Shown here in pieces: positions 12,658 through 24,055 of a stretch of 64,000 bases of DNA; position 1 is the stretch's first letter, and the number at the start of each line of letters is the position of its first letter. The stretch lies in NCBI GenBank assembly GCA_951406725.2, contig OX597827.1:68944001-69008000 (forward strand), given 5' to 3'. The notes under the pieces were generated by a model. It saw nothing but the letters and a program-made list of their open reading frames with translations, ran no database searches and was not told the DNA's origin. This stretch comes from Octopus vulgaris (taxonomy: Eukaryota). The position numbers and the translations under genes are program-made.

Positions 12658-13310
12658 ATTTGTTAGTCTGTAGGCATGTTTACTGTCCATGTGTGCATGT
12701 GTCACAAATTATTAATTTAAGTGAATGTGTACACATTTGATTGTGTTGGCGCATTTCTTAGTATTTTATAAGCGCGTATAGCTACATGTGTATTAGTATA
12801 TTTGCATATTTGTTCATTACACATAAAGCTCTCATAAATCTATATATATGAGATCCAACAGGGATAGAGACACACTCAAACATAATATACACACAAATAT
12901 ACACATATATATATACACACACACACACACATCTACACAAATGAATACAGCAATATTTCACACACACACACACACACAAGTGAAATATTCATATACAAAG
13001 GGTCACACACACACACACAAAAGTAACTATGCATGTTCATACAATAAGGCTTGCATACACACACAAACATACATGCATATATACAAATGTAAAGATTAAC
13101 ACGCAAGTATACATACACAAAGGTTTTCACACACACACACACACGCACGCACACACACAAATGAACACACGATACACATATAAAAGCTCATACAAACACA
13201 CAATGACATATATAAACAAGGGGGCACAGAAAAGTACACATACCACGCATACACGCATACACACACACAAGAACGTGCGAGCTCACTGATACACATAATG
13301 ATGCATGCAA
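12150..13310. repeat. Degenerate TG tract followed by degenerate CA tract
   Basis: Cryptic dinucleotide repeats in opposite orientations. Confidence 0.85.
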
Positions 13311-13354
13311 GCACAAAACTGCAGAACAGCTTAAAGAAGGAATGATGTAATAGC

Positions 13355-13357
<3 letters not shown>

Positions 13358-13397
<40 letters not shown>

Positions 13398-13464
13398 GGT
13401 GGTGATAGTAGTAGTAGTAGTAGTTGTAGTAGTAGTAGTGGTGGTGATAGTAGTAGTAGTAGTC
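13358..13464. repeat. (TAG)n/(TGG)n trinucleotide microsatellite
   Basis: Seen directly in the sequence. Confidence 0.95.
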
Positions 13465-14015
13465 GTAAGAGAGTAGCATGAATGTGTCAGAGGCATAATG
13501 TCTTGTCACACCCAACCATTTATGCAGCTGGGTAACATTTACCAAGAACACACACACACACACACATAAATATATACATTGTATGTGTGTGCGTGTGTGT
13601 GTAATATGTTACAACATATAAGCAAATATATAGAGTTCTTGCTGTGAGAACTGTTTCCAGGTTAATAAAAAAATTAAATTGAAGTCGGATGCAGGCCTAT
13701 GAACAATACATTCATGTGATCGCATCATACACACACACGCACGCACAAACGTGTGTGCGTGAGTGTGTGTTTAGCATCGCGTGACAGTTGTAAGTGATTG
13801 TCACTGTCGTACAAGCTTCGTCGTTCATTTCCAATTTTCTGCAAAAACATGTCTGGCCATGGGGCGACATTAGGCAAGGGGTGGTGACAGGAAGGGCATC
13901 TGGCCATAGAAGATCCGCCTCAAACTCCATCTGACCCAAAGGTAAACATGGGAAAGTGGACGTCAAAGCAAAATGCTGAAAAATTTCTTCTGTAAATTAT
14001 TTAATTCATGCTAAT

Positions 14016-14087
14016 TCCTTGGTGGTATAGTGGTAAGTATCCACACTTGTCATGCAGGAGACCCGGGTTCAATCCCCTACCAAAGAA
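14016..14087 (+). pseudogene. tRNA-Asp(GTC) pseudogene
   Basis: TCCTTGGTGGTATAGTGGTAAGTATCCACACTTGTCATGCAGGAGACCCGGGTTCAATCCCCTACCAAAGAA is colinear with metazoan tRNA-Asp, with anticodon GTC at 14049-14051. The stems are broken by transition changes. A T-run follows downstream. Confidence 0.85.
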
Positions 14088-14102
14088 GTTTCATTTTTAT
14101 TG

Positions 14103-14725
14103 GCATAGGCATGGCTATGTGGTTAAGAGGCTCACTTTGTAACAATGTGGTCTCAAGTTCAGTCTCACAGCGTGGCACTTTGAACCAGTGTCGTCTACTA
14201 CAGCTCTGGACTGACCAATGCTCTGTCACGGAATTTGGTAGACAGAAATTGTGTAGAAGCCCATCGGGAGTGTTAGTGGATGAGGGAGTGAATGAGTGCA
14301 TGTGTGTGAGTGTGTGCACATGAGTGAGTGTGCGTGAATGTGTGTGCATGAGTGAGTGTGTGTGAGTGTGCATGTGAGTGCATGAGTGAGTGAGTGTGTG
14401 CATGAATGAATGTGTGCATACGTGAGCGTGTGTGTGCGTGCATGAGTGAGTGTGTGCGTACATGAGTGTGCATGAGTGAGTGAGTGTGTGCATGAGTGAA
14501 TGTGTGCATAAGTGAGTGAGTGTGTGCATGAGTGAGTGAGTGTGTGAGTGAGCGTGTGCATGTCGCTGCAACCATTCAACAACCAGAGCTGGTTTGTTTA
14601 TATCTCTGTAACTCAGCAGCTTGGCAAAAGAAACCAAGGTTGATTTGTTTGACCAAAACCCTTAACAGGAGTGTACCACACACAATATAGCTTCTGTCTA
14701 ATGACTGAAAAGAGTCAAAGATAAA
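14103..14725 (+). mobile_element. SINE family A, old copy with expanded internal TGAG/TG repeat
   Basis: Degenerate head and tail flank a tract of about 280 bp of CATGAGTG-type repeats. Confidence 0.75.
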
Positions 14726-15359
14726 AAAGATAACATCCTCCTGGTTTCTTTCTTTCTTGAAGTCATGATGACAGCCAGGGGAGCTTTGAGGAATTTTTTT
14801 TTTCATGCCTTGGTTTATCAACCCATTTACACATCACACACATCATTCACAACAAAATCTCAAACTGCTTTCACATCTTGTGACCAGTTTATGAATGAAC
14901 AATGTGTATAACAACATCCCCAAGGTTTGCCTTGTTTTTGCTTGCTTGCTCGTTTGATATATTTTGGGTTAGCATTTTGATTATTATAAAAAGCACGTGA
15001 GGCAGTAATAACAAAAGAAAAAGAAATCATAAACCCCCACATACACACAACTGGAGTTGCACATAGACAGATATCCTCCCACTGCCACTTTTGTTTTTTT
15101 TGTTTTTTGTTGTTTTTTTTCAAAAGTCAGAAGATCAAGAAGACAGTCTATGATCTTTGGGAAATGTTATGTTGGTTGATACCTACAGAAAAAAACATGG
15201 CCATGTAAGAAAATCGTAGAGGACAAGACTGAGAAAAGGGATTTTTTTTTTTTGTGGAGGGTGTAAAGAGGGAATATAACCCATGGTGAAGTGAGTTTGG
15301 ATTGAAGTAGTGCATGGTTAGTGCAGAGAAACAAAAGTCCTTACCACTTTATGATTTAA

Positions 15360-15578
15360 CCCTTTAGTTACCAACCCGGCTGAAATCGGCTCTGGCTCTG
15401 TAGTACAAATGTCCTGTTTTCATAAGTTTTGAATTAAAATCTTCCACCAAACCTTAGTCACAATTTATGTTCCTAACACTAGCTTAATAACTAAATTATT
15501 TTACTAAATTCTTTGTTATATTTATAATTGATTGAAAGAAACAGAGAGCATCTCAAAACAAATACAGTAGCGAAAGGG
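15360..15578. mobile_element. piggyBac-type MITE (family F)
   Basis: TTAA TSDs (15356-15359, 15579-15582) and CCCTTT...AAAGGG TIRs. Near-identical copies lie at 51319 and 51572. Confidence 0.85.
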
Positions 15579-15934
15579 TTAAACAGGCCATATCCAGCCC
15601 AAACATTCTACCTGTTTTATGTTCAAACGGGCCAGATTCAACCTCTTTCCCTTACCCTACAAAATCATTCTGAAAATGAGCAACTGCATCATCAAAATCT
15701 CAAAGTCCCAAGATAATGCACGATTAATTGAAAATGATGTGAATAAATAAGCATTACCCTTGACAGAATAAGTTGAATGCTAAAAGATTAAACAAGGTTA
15801 ACCCTTTTGTTATATCATTCATGTTAAAGTATTATACTGCTTCTGTTTCAATTAATTTTGAAAATAATGAAGAATTTAGTAAAATGACGGTCATTATGCT
15901 AAAAGATTAAACATGGTTAACCCTTTTGTTATAT

Positions 15935-16205
15935 CATCATCGTTTAACATCCGCTTTCCATGCTAGCATGGGTTGGACAATTTGACTGAGGTCTGGCGAA
16001 CCAGACTCCAATCTGATCTGGCAGAGTTTCTATAGCTGGATGCCCTTCCTAATGCCAACCACTCCGAGAGTGAAGTGGGTGCTTTTACGTGCCACCGGCA
16101 CGAGGGCCAGTTTGGTAGTACTGGCAACGGCCACGCTCAAATGGTGCTTTTTTATGTGCCACCTGCACAGGAGCCAGTCCAGCGGCACTGGCAACGACCT
16201 CGCTC
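15935..16205 (-). mobile_element. Family E element inserted in an older reverse-oriented family F copy
   Basis: (ATC)n tail with CGTTTAACATCCGCTTTCCATGCTAGCATGGG. Both flanks resemble the reverse complement of family F. Confidence 0.75.
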
Positions 16206-16552
16206 AAAGTATACTGCATCTGTTTCAATTCATTTTCAAAATGATGAAGAATTTAGTAAAATGACTGCCATTATTAAACTGGTGTTCAGAACATAAATTA
16301 AAGTGAAATTTTGAGGGAAAGTTTTAATTTAGATTGCTTTAAAACATGAAGTTTATGTCATAGAACCAAGGGCAGTCTCAGGTAGGATGATATCAAAATA
16401 GTTAACTATTCCCAAATAATTTAGAATATCTGTTGTTATCTTGTTGGCATTTGTCTTATTTGTATCTACCATCCAACCATTAAAATGCTTGTCCCAAATA
16501 AACCCTTAAACCTAAAGACCATGTTCATAGTTTTGCTCAGATAGTGACTTAC

Positions 16553-16674
16553 CTCATACATCGAGATGGCTGCCAGATGTTTGCATTTCTTCACTTATTT
16601 TAGCTCAAAGTTTTTAATCATGACAATGGCTTCCCAGATAAAAGGAGCTTGCAATACAAGTACCTTAGACTTAC
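16553..16674 (-). other. 122-nt non-coding exon starting with a regenerated 5' splice site (recursive splice site candidate)
   Basis: Minus strand: TGACTAAC, pure pyrimidine-rich tract, TTTTCAG|GTAAGT at 16675/16674, and a downstream donor GAG|GTAAGT at 16553/16552. Confidence 0.7.
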
Positions 16675-17276
16675 CTGAAAATAGAAAAAGAAAAAAGAAA
16701 GAGGTTAGTCAGTAGGAAATAATGTAAATGAGAATAACAAAATAATGATTATGGGTACCTAACATTACACGCTTTGAGAATTTGACTTCAAACAAACATT
16801 TTCAATAAAAGTACTAAAAAAACAAAAACAATTCTGCAAAAAAAACTTTCTCAAAATCCAGTGTTTGAACCCTTGATACCTGGAACAACTTTCACCACAT
16901 ATATAGAAAAATGCAACCAGACAATAAACATGCAAGTGTTTTGTACTCTAACCCTGGGCCAACCAATGACTTGTGAGTGAATTTGGTAGGTGGTGCGGTG
17001 CGTGTGCGTGAGTGAGACCATTGCTTGAAGACCAGTATTGCTTCTGTTTATATCCAGTTTAGCAATAAAATATGTACTTCAAAAAACATGTACTGGGGTC
17101 AATCTGTTTGACTAGCCCCTTTGGGGCAGAGCTCCAGCATGACTGTGATTCAATAACCGAAACAAATAAAACCAGGCAAAATAAACAACAAAACAAATAT
17201 ACATACTAGGACATAGGCTTATAAGAAAAATGTTGGTCCAGGCCCAGAGCATAATATTCTGAAACAGAATCTAGAG

Positions 17277-17939
17277 TAGGGGTCCCCAACCACCGGGTGT
17301 GGATGAATGCTCATCCATGGATCACTAACAGTGAGAGAATAAAGTTTTAAATTTCATTTCTATTTTATGGAGTATTATAGTTTGTTTTTATATTACATAT
17401 GTATACATATGTGGAGGCGCAATGGCCCAGTGGTTGGGGCAGAGGACTCGCGGTTGTAGGATCGCACTTTCGATTCTCAGACCAGGTGTTGTGAGTGTTT
17501 ATTGAACGCAAACACTCAAAGCTCCACGAGACTCCAGCATAGGGTGGTGGTGAACCCTACTGTACTCCTTCACCACAACTTTCACTCTTTCGTACTGTTT
17601 CTGTTGTACCTGTATTTCAAAGGGCCAGCCTTGTCACATGCTGAATCTGTGTCATGCTGAATCTCCCTGAGAAATACATTAAGGGTATACATGTCTGTGG
17701 GGTGCTCAGCCACTCACCCATTAATTTCATGAGCAGGCTGTTCCATTGATCGGATCAACTGGAACCCTCATCGTTGCATTTGGAGTTCCACATACATATA
17801 TTACAAACGTGTGTGTGTGTGTGTGATGATTAAATTTTATATTATGCACTTCATGTTTTCTTATACATGTGATCCTGTCTAGTGGAAAAGTTGTCTAGTA
17901 CGAAACCATCCATAGTGTGAAAGAAATTGGGAACTACTG
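17277..17939. mobile_element. hAT (Charlie-like) MITE containing a family C SINE
   Basis: 8-bp TSD-like ATCTAGAG/GTCTAGAC. Ends are TAGGGGTCCCCAAC and ATTGGGAACTACTG. Confidence 0.7.
17413..17790 (+). mobile_element. tRNA-derived SINE family C
   Basis: Head GGAGGCGCAATGGCCCAGTGGTT is shared with the copies at 29421 and 58094. Confidence 0.8.
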
Positions 17940-17947
17940 GTCTAGAC

Positions 17948-18458
17948 TAGTACTCCGAAACTGGTGTGCCACAAGACAATGCTAGGTGTGCCACAGTATA
18001 ACCTGAATATAAAATTTTTCTCATGGCTCAGTGGTTAGAGCATCGAACTTACGACCGTAAGGTTGTGAGTTCGATTCCCGGACCAGGCTGCATGTTGTGC
18101 TCTTGAGCAAGACACTTTATTTCATATTGCTTCCTTTCACTCAGCTGTAGAAATGAGTTGCAACGTCACAGATGCCAAGCTGTATCGGCCTTTGCCTTTC
18201 TCTTGGATAACATCGGTGGAGTGGAGACGGGATGTTAGTATGCATGAGCGACTGCTGGTCTTCCATAAAGAACCTTACCCAGGCTTGTGCCTTGGAGGGT
18301 AACTTTCTAGGTGCAATCCCATGGTCATTCATGACTGAAGGGGGTCTCCGAATATTTTCCCCCAATACTTTTAGTTATATTTTTAGTTCAGGTGTACCAC
18401 TGAATTTTGAAAATAATATAAGTGTACCACAAGTGGAAAAAAAGGTTGCGAAGCACTG
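17948..18458. mobile_element. hAT MITE containing a family D SINE (18024-18346)
   Basis: TSD-like GTCTAGAC/GTTTAGAC. Ends are TAGTACTCCGAAAC and GTTGCGAAGCACTG. Confidence 0.7.
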
Positions 18459-18712
18459 GTTTAGACTATTCTAGACCAGATGTGGAGGGATGTTCTGCAT
18501 AATCTAGACTTCATTATTCATTCCACTAGCTGAATTTTCAGTACTACTTATTTGCTGACATAGGTTGTCACTAGTTTGCCTCGATTCTACCCTTTCACTA
18601 ACTCAAGACCAATTTTGCACCAGGCAAAAAAGTTCTCTCAAACGTAAGCATACAAACAAATGATTAAATAAGTATATTTCTAGATAGGTATTAAAATATA
18701 AAGAAGCATATC

Positions 18713-19080
18713 GTGTGAGGTAAGTAGCTTGCTCACCAACAACATGGTTCTGGGTTCAGTCTCACTGTGTGGCACCTTGGGCAAGTGTCTTCTACTACAG
18801 CCTCAGGCCTATCAAAGCCTTGTGGGTGGATTTGGTAAACGGAAACTGAAAGAACCCCACCGTAAATGTGTGTGTGTGTGTGTGTGTGCTTATGTTTATC
18901 CCCTCACCATCGCTTGACAAGCGATGATGGTGTGTTTACGCCCCTGTAACTTAGCGGTTTGGCAAAAGAGACTGAAGGAATAAGTACTAGGCTTACAAAG
19001 AATAAGTCCTCGATTAGTTCGACTAAAGGCGGTGCTCCAGCATGGTCACAGTCAAATGACAAACAGACAAAAGAGTAAAA
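18713..19080 (+). mobile_element. SINE family A
   Basis: Body and tail match family A. Confidence 0.85.
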
Positions 19081-19882
19081 ACATGTGTGGGTGTCCCCAT
19101 CATCGCTCGACAACCGATGTTGGTATGTTTAGGTCCCCATAACCTAGTGCCAACCCTAGCAACGCGATAAAACCTGAAAACGTGTTTTTATGTGCGTGTG
19201 TACGATTTACAGCTAAAGACTGAGGTAAACCAGATATAATCAGCAACAGAATGTTTTCTTCACTCCCCCACACTCATAAGTCATCAAGGGAATTCACTCC
19301 GTAGTAATTCTTTACATGTATTGCCTCCCCTGATGCACTTTATTTGCAGTATATGTAACCCACTCAGTCGACTGAAAGAAAGTGAAATGAAGTGTTTTGC
19401 TCAAGATTATAACGTGCCGCCTGATCCGGGAAGCGAAACTATGATCATGTGATTGTGACTGCAACACCCTAACCACTAAGCCTTGCGCCTTTACAATGTA
19501 TGATCTACTTCGATACAAAAGGAAATTGCTAATAAAGGGTTTCAGACCCATTTGAGCAAGTGTCTTCTACTAATACCTCCAGATCGACCAAAGCCTTGTG
19601 AATGGATTTGGTAGAAGGAAACGGGGCGAAAAAAAGACAAAAAAACAGGGCCAGGCGTTTATATACGTGTGTGTCCTGGCCCCACCTCCGCTGGACAACC
19701 GGTATCGGTGTGCTTATTTCCCTGTAACATAGCGGTTCGGCAAAACGACACCAACAGAGTACTGGGACCGATTTGTTCGACTAATCCCTTCGATGCAGTG
19801 CTCCAGCATGACCGCAACCAAATTACTAAAATAAGTAATGGATAAATTTGCATTCGGGACCAAAAATCTTTTTTAAATTCAG

Positions 19883-20558
19883 CATTGGAGTGTGCGGGGA
19901 ACGAGAAAACATTTTGTCCCCAGGAAAAGTCCCTATAATGAATGGCTACAGTTCATGTTTCTGCAGCGGACGAAAAGGTAAAAGTTTTACGAGTTTTTGT
20001 TTATTTTTGGTTTTTTTTATTGGTTTTTTTTTTGTTTTGTTTTTTAGTAACTAATATAAAGATGTAACTAATAGAAAATTGACGTTCAAAGCATTTGAGC
20101 AATTCATCCAAAACTTGTCCCAAATTTTAAACCAATAGCAAAAGAAGAGTTGCCTCCCTTTACACATAGCGCATTAGAAGACTATTCACACAAGAATAGA
20201 GAGGGATTCTCTATTAAGTCAAAAATAGACCGCAGTACATCGTTCGATACATTGAAAGGTATGCTATACTAGAAACATTGGCATACAAACACAAATGGGC
20301 CCCACGAGCGGACTTTGCTTCCTCGTAACTTTCAGAAGAAAAAAAAATGGTTATATTTAATGAAATTTTTTTTCCAAATGCCTTTCAGATAGTATAGATT
20401 TACTCGCTCTAGACTTAGGCACACCATCACTTGTAGACACGATCGCCAATTCACAAGCACTCGTAGACGGGATTGTAGATTTCTTTTTACACGCAGAAGC
20501 ATTTGTTATGGTAGTAGAATCTTTTGCACTTGGTTCAAAACTTGGATCTTGTGCTTGA
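19883..20558 (+). pseudogene. Compact three-exon-like unique block: decayed gene fragment or spliced non-coding RNA
   Basis: Canonical sites TTCAG|19883, AAG|GTAAAA 19977, TTTTAG|20048, AAG|GTATGC 20258 and TTTCAG|20389. The reading frames are protein-like but interrupted, and the strand is ambiguous for the last segment. Confidence 0.35.
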
Positions 20559-20660
20559 AAAATATAATATAAAACTCGCACACCCGGGGTCTCGTAAAGT
20601 GAGATATAACTGAATATATGCGATGTGTGTCAGTGGTGTACGTGTGCGTATATTCTTTTC

Positions 20661-21085
20661 TGTTCTAGGTACAAGGTACGAAATTTGTGGGGAGGGGCCA
20701 GTCGATTCGACCGACCCCAGTACGCAACTGGCACTTAAATCTATCCACACCGAAAGGATGAAAGGCGAAGTCGACCTCGACGGAATTTGAACTCAGAACG
20801 TAACGGCAGACGAAACACCACTAAGCATTTCGCCCGGCGTGCTAACGTTTCTTATTTCTTTATTACCCACAAGGGACTAAACATAGAGGGGACAAACAAG
20901 GACAGACAAAGGGATTAAGCCGATTACATCGACCCCAGTGCGTAACTGGTACTTAATTTATCGATCCCGAAAGGGTGAAAGGCAAAGTCGACCTCGGTGG
21001 AATTTGAACTCAGAACATAAAGACAGAGGAAGTACTATCAAGCATTTCGCCCGACGCGCTAACGTTTCTGCCAGCTCGCCGCCTT
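20661..21085 (-). mobile_element. Two tandem SINE family B copies (Meta/MESC-like central domain)
   Basis: Head GGCGGCGAGCTGGCAGAAACGTTAGC and core GCCTTTCATCCTTTCGGGGTCGATAAAT.AGTACCAG. Confidence 0.85.
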
Positions 21086-22094
21086 ACACGTGCGTGTGTA
21101 TTGTACATTAGCAACGTGAATTTTCTTTTTCAGCAAAAGAAGGGAAACAACTCCGACATTCAAATTCCATTTAACTTTTAATCAATTTGATTTTTGTCGG
21201 TGTTTGTTCGGTTTCACAAAATTCCTTGTTAACGCTAATTAAATTCTATTTCCAATACGTAAGAGCCTGCAAACTGAGATTGAACCTGAAACAACGTGGT
21301 TGTACGGCTAACTTCACAATCGTTTCAGCGCCGATACATACATACATACCATACCATACACATACATATATACATAATATACGCACACACACACACACAG
21401 GTGTGTTTTCTTTCTTTAGACAGCTTGCGGAGCCCAAGGATCCATGGCCTACCAATTCAAAACCTGAGGCACCATGGGCTCCGTACAGTTTCCAATTTAC
21501 CAAATTTGAATGACACTTGTTTAAGTTCTAAGGCTACAACAGAATCCAGTTGACCAAAGTACAAATCAGTGTAACAGCGAACCCTAGAGTCATATCGTTA
21601 TGAATCGAACTTCCTACCCACACAGCTATAACTCTGCCTAGGGTCAATATTTGCTTCCTTTCGAAGGAGAATAATGTATAATGTATATATTATATACGTG
21701 TGACGCAGCCCCATGGCTGAAACGAATAAAAGAATGTATGCGATTGTTCAAATTAAGGCGGGAAGCTGTCAGAGTCATTAAGCGCGTCCTGAGTTCAAAT
21801 TCAAGCAAGATCAGCTTCATCCTTCATCCTTCTGGAATCGGTAAAATAAAGTAACGGTCAAGTATTATGTGGGAGCGAGGAAAGCCGATGTAATTGACTA
21901 ACCTCCTCCCGCTGAAATCCCTAGCTTTTTTTGCAAAAATTTGAAACAATAATAATCCTTTCTACTATAGGCACAAGGCCTGAAATTTTGGGGGAGGGGA
22001 CTAGTCGATTAGATCGACCCCAGTGCTTTACTGGTACTTAATTTATCAACCCCCGGAAAGATGAAAAGCAAAGTCGAATAATAACAACAACAAG

Positions 22095-22420
22095 AGCACT
22101 CCGAGCGCACAAACCTCCACCAAGGCGACACCTATGTCCTTTCAATGATTAGCCAGAGATGGTTTTTAAATTGAGGATATCTGAAATAAACTCGACTGCT
22201 CTCACAAACGAGAAAGCTAAAAATGAATCCGACTGCTCTCAAAAATTAAGTGAAAAAAAAAACAAGAAAAATTATTCAGAATCCTTGTCCGGTACCGGAT
22301 CGATCCCGTGCCAGTCACGAGGCCAAACACCCATGAAAGTTTCATCTGAATCCATCCAGTGGTTCTTGAGATATCTGTCCACGGACCAAGAAACAAACAA
22401 ACACGACTGAAAACAATACC
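22095..22420. mobile_element. Probable non-autonomous Helentron-associated (HINE/DINE-like) element
   Basis: The CCTCCACCAAGG...CCGGATC...AAAGTTTCAT...ATCCAGTGGTTCTTGAGATATC...(AAAC)n...GAAAACAATACC layout resembles such elements. Confidence 0.45.
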
Positions 22421-22421
22421 C

Positions 22422-22818
22422 GATCTTTTCGGATTGAACGGCAGTTCCACGTTACGAAACACTTTTAAACTTCGTATACTGGTAGAATGTGTTTATAAAA
22501 CATCTTTCTCTCTTTGCTTTATTGAGAAAATTCTATGGTTTATAAGATATTTGTTGTTTATTTTCTTCAATTTCTGCAATTTCAACCTATCAATGACGTC
22601 TATTGAGGTGAAAACATTCTGTGCCGTATGAAAATGTCCCTCGTTTAAGAGACAGATTGGGTTTATTTACATTGCTGAAGGAGAAAAAGATACCCTTCCC
22701 CCCACCCCTAACCCTAAAATAGATTGAAATGCAATAGATCGATACTAGGGTCATAATTAAGGGTGACAATTTCATAGTGACACCGCTAGAAAAAACTGCC
22801 GTTCAAACCGAAAAGATC
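22422..22818. mobile_element. MITE with about 25-bp TIRs and an internal CCCTAACCCTAA
   Basis: GATCTTTTCGGATTGAACGGCAGTT ... AACTGCCGTTCAAACCGAAAAGATC. Confidence 0.8.
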
Positions 22819-22854
22819 CAAATATTCTTGCATGCAGTGTTTCGGTATTAGTAC

Positions 22855-23590
22855 ATGACGTCAGTCATGAGTGCGAATATGTGTGCTTGACTGTTCAGCT
22901 CTGTCAAACAAAAAGACAATGTGATACACTCACTCATGACGTCATAAAATTTCCCTGAAAGATTGCCATATATTATATAATATTATATTATATTATATTA
23001 TATGAACAAGAAGTATGGTTAAAGGCACATACAGCAAGCAAGACGAAATGGAAATGAGGGAAAAAAATAAAAACCGATAATAGAGAGCCGACTATTGTCT
23101 GTATTCCAACTAAGATGTATTTATAGAAAGAAAAATGGGAAGAGGTAGAGTTGTACTGCAACAACAACAACAATGACAAACTGGGAGAGAGAGAAGGGGT
23201 ATTAGGAACACCATTTCACGGTAAACATCAAGAGGAGAGAGGAGGAGAGAGAGAGAGGGGATGGTGGTATCAGTAGGCTAAGAGTAGAGAGTGGCATTTG
23301 CCACCAAGGGAAAAGTCATCTTCGAAGTAAAAAAGTGCCAAGTAGTTTTCTTCGTCGTGTCTTCCCGCTCCAGCAACTGTTATGAGTCAAATGGCACGTG
23401 ATTGTTTGGTGGGAGACGACGGGGGGAGGGGGGGAGGCACCGCCGTCACCACCACCATCATCATCATCATCATCATCGTCGTCGTCGTCACCTCACACCC
23501 GTTCCCTCCTTGTCCCCGACATCGGTGATAACAATGACGGATATATGCAAAAACGAAACAAAACAAGTCTTCCTGTCCCCGTGACGTCAA
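22855..23590. promoter_or_regulatory. CRE/AP-1/E-box cluster (candidate cAMP- or activity-responsive promoter/enhancer)
   Basis: TGACGTCA at 22856-22863, 22937-22944 and 23582-23589, TGAGTCA at 23383-23389, and CACGTG at 23395-23400, all in unique CpG-rich DNA. Confidence 0.6.
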
Positions 23591-23638
23591 GAATTCTCAG
23601 TGCTTGCGCGTGAACGTGTATGTGTGTGTGTGTGTATG

Positions 23639-23670
<32 letters not shown>

Positions 23671-23818
23671 TGTGTGTTCTGCGTATTTTCATCATCGCTT
23701 TTAACATCCGCTTCTTAATGACTGGACAGGTCATCGCGGACAGAAATCAGTTCTTTTTAGGAGTTAACTGTCCTTTTAGCCGAGTCAGGGACCCTGTCTC
23801 GTTTGTACGTTCCATATA

Positions 23819-24024
23819 CAAGGGAGTGCTGAAAAGTTCCAGGCTTTCGGTAAATATAAAAAATACAGGAGAATAAGTCAATTATGATTTTATTCAACAT
23901 ATTCCCCTCTCAGATTCACACACTTATTGCAGCGGTCCTTCAGTTTTTCTAAGCCCTGTAAAAGAACTCGTAAGGTGGAACCTCGAGATACCCTCATATG
24001 CAGGAGCTTTTCAGCACGCCCTCA
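23819..24024. mobile_element. mariner-type MITE
   Basis: TA TSDs and TIRs CAAGGGAGTGCTGAAAAGTTCC / GGAGCTTTTCAGCACGCCCTCA. Confidence 0.8.
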
Positions 24025-24055
24025 TACACTGCGTGTGTGTGTGTGTTTGTGAACC

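Noticed and set aside
15175-15235. Minus-strand TTTTCTGTAG|GTATCA as another recursive site
   Set aside because: The regenerated donor is poor, and I found no clear branch point or downstream donor.
18024-18095. tRNA-like sequences at SINE 5' ends
   Set aside because: They are SINE heads continuous with repeat bodies, not tRNA genes.
22700-22720. CCCTAACCCTAA telomere-like motif
   Set aside because: It is only two units and lies inside a MITE.
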